Of a stretch of DNA of 64,000 nucleotides, positions 60,347 through 64,000 are shown one piece after another. Under the pieces are notes generated by a model. That model was not told where the DNA came from, made no database searches, and saw only the letters and a program-made list of their open reading frames with translations. The position numbers and the translations under genes were made by a program. Origin of the DNA: an uncultured Gemmataceae bacterium (GTDB lineage: Bacteria; Planctomycetota; Planctomycetia; Gemmatales; Gemmataceae); NCBI GenBank assembly GCA_963750165.1, contig CAVVPN010000011.1, positions 256,001 to 320,000 on the forward strand, written 5' to 3'. Each line of letters starts with the position of its first letter. Position 1 is the stretch's first letter.

Positions 60347-61342
60347 CTACAGGTGTCCGGCGAAAGAGTAGGTCAGTGCCTTGATCGAGTCCTGCATGTG
60401 CGCCTTGTACAACTGCTTGCACTCGTCCGAGAGCGCCGAGCGCTCGAGCAGCGCCAGCACGGCGTTTTCCCTGTCAATGAAGGCCCGCATGATCCGGGCG
60501 AAGCGCCGTTCGCGCAGCCCCAGGCGCCGGGCCAGTTCCTGGAAGTCGTCGTAAGCGTAAAAGGCATTCGCCTTGAAGCTCTCCGTCTCGAAATCATCTT
60601 TGAACAGCCCCAGGGCGGTCCTGGACTCGTTCGGCACGTGCAGCCGGGTGTTCAACAAGTCATACGCCGGCGTCAGGGTGTAGTCGCCGTACTGGTCGTT
60701 GCGGATCAGCGAGAAGTTCTTGAGGTGCGCGTCCCCGTTGTGGCTGAAATAGTTGAACACCACCAGCTGGAAGAACCGCTCCAGGACCACCGGAGAAGCG
60801 GCGACGTGCTTGCGGATCAGGTCGCCGATGGCCTCGTAAGAGAAATCGTACTTGTAGTTCTGTCCGTGCAACTCCTCGGTGCGCTGGGCAATCTGGGCGA
60901 AATCTTCCTGCATTGAGCGCGTCCCGTCTTCCTGGACATCGAACCGCCGCGCCAGGTATGCCAGTTCCCCGTCGGCGAAGGCCACCAGCGCGTTTTCGGC
61001 GACGGCGATGCCGAACACCTGTCGCGCGATCTGCATCGTCAGGTGCTCGTTGACGGGAACGGCGTCCAGGCGCTGGAACACTCCGAGCGGGACCGGCTTG
61101 AGGATGTACTGGCCTCCGGCCTCGGTCATTTCCAGGCGCCCATCACGCAAGACCAGCGACATTTTGCTTTGCATGCCCGAGATGGACAGCCGTGCCGTCG
61201 GGTTCTCAAGTTTGGCCTGGTTGAAGGCCGGGCGTGAGAACGTCAGCACATGAGAGACCTTTTTCCCGCCGAATAATCGTTTCCGGCATGGCGGACAGAA
61301 CGTGTCCCGTCCTTCTTTCAGGCACCCTGGGCAATTGCTCAT
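60347..61342 (-). CDS. hipT: HipA-family kinase toxin lacking the N-subdomain (HipT-type)
   Basis: N-terminal CxxC..CxxC, LSISGMQSK Gly-rich loop, YILKP, NEHLTM, NGDAHLKNFS, PAYDL. Confidence 0.9.
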   Translation of the reverse strand: MSNCPGCLKEGRDTFCPPCRKRLFGGKKVSHVLTFSRPAFNQAKLENPTARLSISGMQSKMSLVLRDGRLEMTEAGGQYILKPVPLGVFQRLDAVPVNEHLTMQIARQVFGIAVAENALVAFADGELAYLARRFDVQEDGTRSMQEDFAQIAQRTEELHGQNYKYDFSYEAIGDLIRKHVAASPVVLERFFQLVVFNYFSHNGDAHLKNFSLIRNDQYGDYTLTPAYDLLNTRLHVPNESRTALGLFKDDFETESFKANAFYAYDDFQELARRLGLRERRFARIMRAFIDRENAVLALLERSALSDECKQLYKAHMQDSIKALTYSFAGHL

Positions 61343-61659
61343 GGGACTTCCTGCACGGTAACACCGCCGACGGTCTCGGCGGCGCACGTCCGCAACAGAC
61401 GCATGAAATGATCGTTCTCGTCGATTCGGAGCAGTCGGCATTGCAGCGCCTTTTCGTCCCCTTCCGCCAGGAGCCCATAAAAGAAGGGGAACAACACGGC
61501 GGATTCAAAGGCCGCCTCTTGCTTGGGGAAGGATAGGCTGATGGCAGGACACTGGGGACTGCGCACATAATCGGGGGCGTACTGGAAGCGGTATCCCCTG
61601 GGGGACTTCTCCAGAACCCCCGCCAGCCTGCTCCGACAATACACGTTAGCCCGGCGCAT
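61339..61659 (-). CDS. hipS: Stand-alone HipA N-terminal domain protein (HipS-type antitoxin)
   Basis: AGVL..YRFQY..Y...ISLSFP...LFPFFYGLLAEG; ATGA overlap with hipT. Confidence 0.87.
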   Translation of the reverse strand: MRRANVYCRSRLAGVLEKSPRGYRFQYAPDYVRSPQCPAISLSFPKQEAAFESAVLFPFFYGLLAEGDEKALQCRLLRIDENDHFMRLLRTCAAETVGGVTVQEVP

Positions 61660-61864
61660 GGCTCGACCTCTCGACCAGGGCGAATTCCAGCCCGAGCACA
61701 TCCGCGAGTTTGGCAAGTTGTTTGAGCGTGGGATTGCCCCGGCCGTTCTCAAGGTCGGTCAACCCGCGCAGGGTAACCTCGGCTAACTCCGCCAGGTCAC
61801 GCTGACGAAGTCGAAGGAATCTTCGCCGGGTGCGTATCTGTTCTCCGATTTTCTGGCTGGTCAT
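61646..61864 (-). CDS. hipB: XRE-type HTH regulator (HipB-like)
   Basis: IGEQIRTRRRFLRLRQRDLAELAEV...LENGRGNPTLKQLAKLADVLGL; overlaps the hipS start. Confidence 0.87.
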   Translation of the reverse strand: MTSQKIGEQIRTRRRFLRLRQRDLAELAEVTLRGLTDLENGRGNPTLKQLAKLADVLGLEFALVERSSHAPG

Positions 61865-62167
61865 ACATCGCAGGTGCATTGCAATGCGCCTTTTGAACAC
61901 ATTCTCGGGCAACGCCGACACCTTTTCGACAAAAGCGCATCCAAATGCACTTTCTATACAATATTACGCAGATCAAATACGCCTGTCAAGCGAAAGGCGC
62001 ATCAGAGTGCGCCTTTGATCGTTTCAAGTGCTATGCACCAGTCGGCAAGTCCTTGTCAGCGACGCAAGGTGAATTTTCACATGGACTTGAGGAGACGGAA
62101 CGGACTATAACCAGGAGTGGCGACTGTACGTCCCTAAAGGATGGCCCCAAAAGCCGCGGCGAGACCG

Positions 62168-64000
62168 TTACCCCTTCTTCTTCCCCGACGGCGGCAACGC
62201 ACTCTGCACGACGATCTCGACGAGCAGCTGCCGCACGTCGTAATCATGCTCGGCGAAGAACCGCCGCAATTCCGTGAGCTTCTCGGGGCCATACGCCAGG
62301 AGCGGTTGCCGCACCGTGTAATGGAACAGCCGGGCGACAAACGCCTCGTGCGCCTCGTCGCTGGCGGCCACGAACCGGGCGAGGTCCAGCACGTTTTTGA
62401 ACGTCGCCTTGTCGCCGGAGCGGGTCACGAAGAATCCCGAGGCGTCGATGGGCCGCTCCTTTTCCTGAGCGCGGAAGCGGCCAATGGCGTCGTAATGTTC
62501 CAGCGTGAACCCCAGCGGGTTGATAATGCCGTGACAGCTCTTGCAGTCTTTCGGGCTGGTTTGCAGGGTGATGCGTTCGCGCGTGTTCAGCCTGGGGTGC
62601 AGGTCCGGCGCCAGCGGCGTGAAGGCGTCCGGCGGCTGCCGCAGCGTCACGCCGAGGACGTTGCGAGCGACGAACACGCCGCGGTGGATCGGCGAACTGG
62701 TCGCGGTGTAGGAGAAGTTCGCCAGCAGCAGCGGATGGGTCAGCACGCCGGCGCGCGGCTCGGACTTCAGCGTCACTTTCTGGAACGGCGCGTCCGCGGG
62801 CAGACCGCCACCGTAGAGCTTCGCCAGCCGGCCGTTCAGATACAGGTGGTCCGCCAGCAGCAGCCGGCGATAGTCCCACGCCTTCGGCCCCAGCGTTTCG
62901 TCGAGGAACAGTTCCAGCGAGGTCCGCAGGTCGGACACGACGGCGGCGTCAAAGTCCGGGAACAGTTTGGCGTCCTTCGGCAACTCGGCGAGCTGATCGA
63001 CCTTGAGCCATTGCAGGAAGAAGCCGCGCAGTTTCGCCCGCGCCCGGCGGTCAGCGAGCAGCCGCTGGGCCTCCCGTGTCACGTCCGCGCGCGTGGCGAG
63101 TTTGCCGGCCGCCGCCGCCTTGAGCAGTTCCTGGTCCGGCAGCGAATCCCACAGCGCGAACGACAGCCGGGCGGCGACATCGTAGGCGTCCCCGGCGACG
63201 CCGGCCGGGGCCGCGGGCTCGCGGTAGAGGAAGCGCGGCGAGTGCAGCACGAGTAGCACCACCCGCTTGACCGCGGTGTCCGCGTCCTTGGCTGTCGCGA
63301 ACTGGTGGTCCACGAACAGCTTCTTCTGCTCCGGCGTGAGCGGACGGCGGAAGGCACGCTCGGCGAACTTCACGCAAAACGCTTGCAGTCGTTCCTTGCG
63401 CTTCGGGTCATCCTTGCGGATGCCGCTCAGTTCCGTGAGGTTGGCGGCGACGTAGCCCGCCGCCTCGATGGCGCCGTCGGTCATCGCCTGGACCCATTCC
63501 CTGGAGACGGCGCTGCCGCGCTCGTAGCCGGCGCTGCGGTCGTCCGGCGGCAGCGGCACCGCCGGCGCGAAGGTGGTGACGGCGTTGTGCGGCAGCAGGT
63601 GGCGCTGCGGGATCACCTCGGCGGCCCGGTGCGGCGGCTTCCACTCCAGCGCGATGGTCGTTTTGACCGTCTTCAACTTGTCCTTGGGATCCTTGCGCAC
63701 GCCGACGTTGCCGCGCGAGAACTCCAGGCGCAGCGGATACGCCCGCCCAGCCAGCAGGTAGACGGAGCCGCGGAATTCGGTGTCGGGGCCGGACTTGATC
63801 GCCTTGTCGATCAGCGGCTTGCGCAGGTCGTTGACCCACAGCCGGATTGAGTGCTCCGTGCGGACGATGAACTCGTACAGCCCCGTGTCCAGCGCCATGA
63901 CAGAGCCCTGCCAGTTCGCGGAGATTTCCGGCGTTGAGAGCTTGTTGAAGTCCGGCGTTTTGGTGCTGAAGTCGAAGTGGACGACGGGATCGATGCGGGC
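62168..64000 (-). CDS. Planctomycete DUF1592/1588/1595/1585-type protein with PA14 domain (5' end beyond the window)
   Basis: FAERAFRRPL, SPRFLY, RLSFALWDSLPD, SSPIHRGVF, CKSCH, GFTLEHYDAIGRFR. Confidence 0.85.
   Translation of the reverse strand, partial: ARIDPVVHFDFSTKTPDFNKLSTPEISANWQGSVMALDTGLYEFIVRTEHSIRLWVNDLRKPLIDKAIKSGPDTEFRGSVYLLAGRAYPLRLEFSRGNVGVRKDPKDKLKTVKTTIALEWKPPHRAAEVIPQRHLLPHNAVTTFAPAVPLPPDDRSAGYERGSAVSREWVQAMTDGAIEAAGYVAANLTELSGIRKDDPKRKERLQAFCVKFAERAFRRPLTPEQKKLFVDHQFATAKDADTAVKRVVLLVLHSPRFLYREPAAPAGVAGDAYDVAARLSFALWDSLPDQELLKAAAAGKLATRADVTREAQRLLADRRARAKLRGFFLQWLKVDQLAELPKDAKLFPDFDAAVVSDLRTSLELFLDETLGPKAWDYRRLLLADHLYLNGRLAKLYGGGLPADAPFQKVTLKSEPRAGVLTHPLLLANFSYTATSSPIHRGVFVARNVLGVTLRQPPDAFTPLAPDLHPRLNTRERITLQTSPKDCKSCHGIINPLGFTLEHYDAIGRFRAQEKERPIDASGFFVTRSGDKATFKNVLDLARFVAASDEAHEAFVARLFHYTVRQPLLAYGPEKLTELRRFFAEHDYDVRQLLVEIVVQSALPPSGKKKG

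Noticed and set aside
59968..62167. Complete integrative element at the tRNA
   Set aside because: No integrase and no duplicated tRNA 3' end seen in the window

Overview
High-GC bacterial DNA that looks like a Planctomycetota (Gemmataceae-like) chromosome: BamB/PQQ-like propellers, an 'LEDRLTP' extracellular motif, and a DUF1592/1588-type protein. The taxonomy is inferred, not searched. Main content: metK; a six-gene kynurenine pathway cluster (nbaC, nbaD, kynU, kmo, kynA, kynB) split by an opposite-strand insert; a carbohydrate locus (phosphoketolase, GH63, alpha-amylase, pyruvate kinase); WD40 and secreted paralog arrays; mobA/moaC; trpD; and a tripartite hipBST-type toxin-antitoxin locus. 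The standout is a tRNA-Arg(CCU) gene split by a 698-nt group I intron. The intron carries an HNH/zinc-finger endonuclease ORF on the ANTISENSE strand, inserted in P5, with its 5' end overlapping the P4/P6 ribozyme core. Intergenic spaces hold a nested family of MITE-like shells, REP doublets and 9-bp periodic motifs. A 37-aa highly basic ORF below the ORF-track cut-off is also present. About eight single-base frameshifts probably reflect long-read assembly errors, and one of them creates a false acyltransferase/radical-SAM fusion. All calls come from motif recognition by eye; no searches were run.
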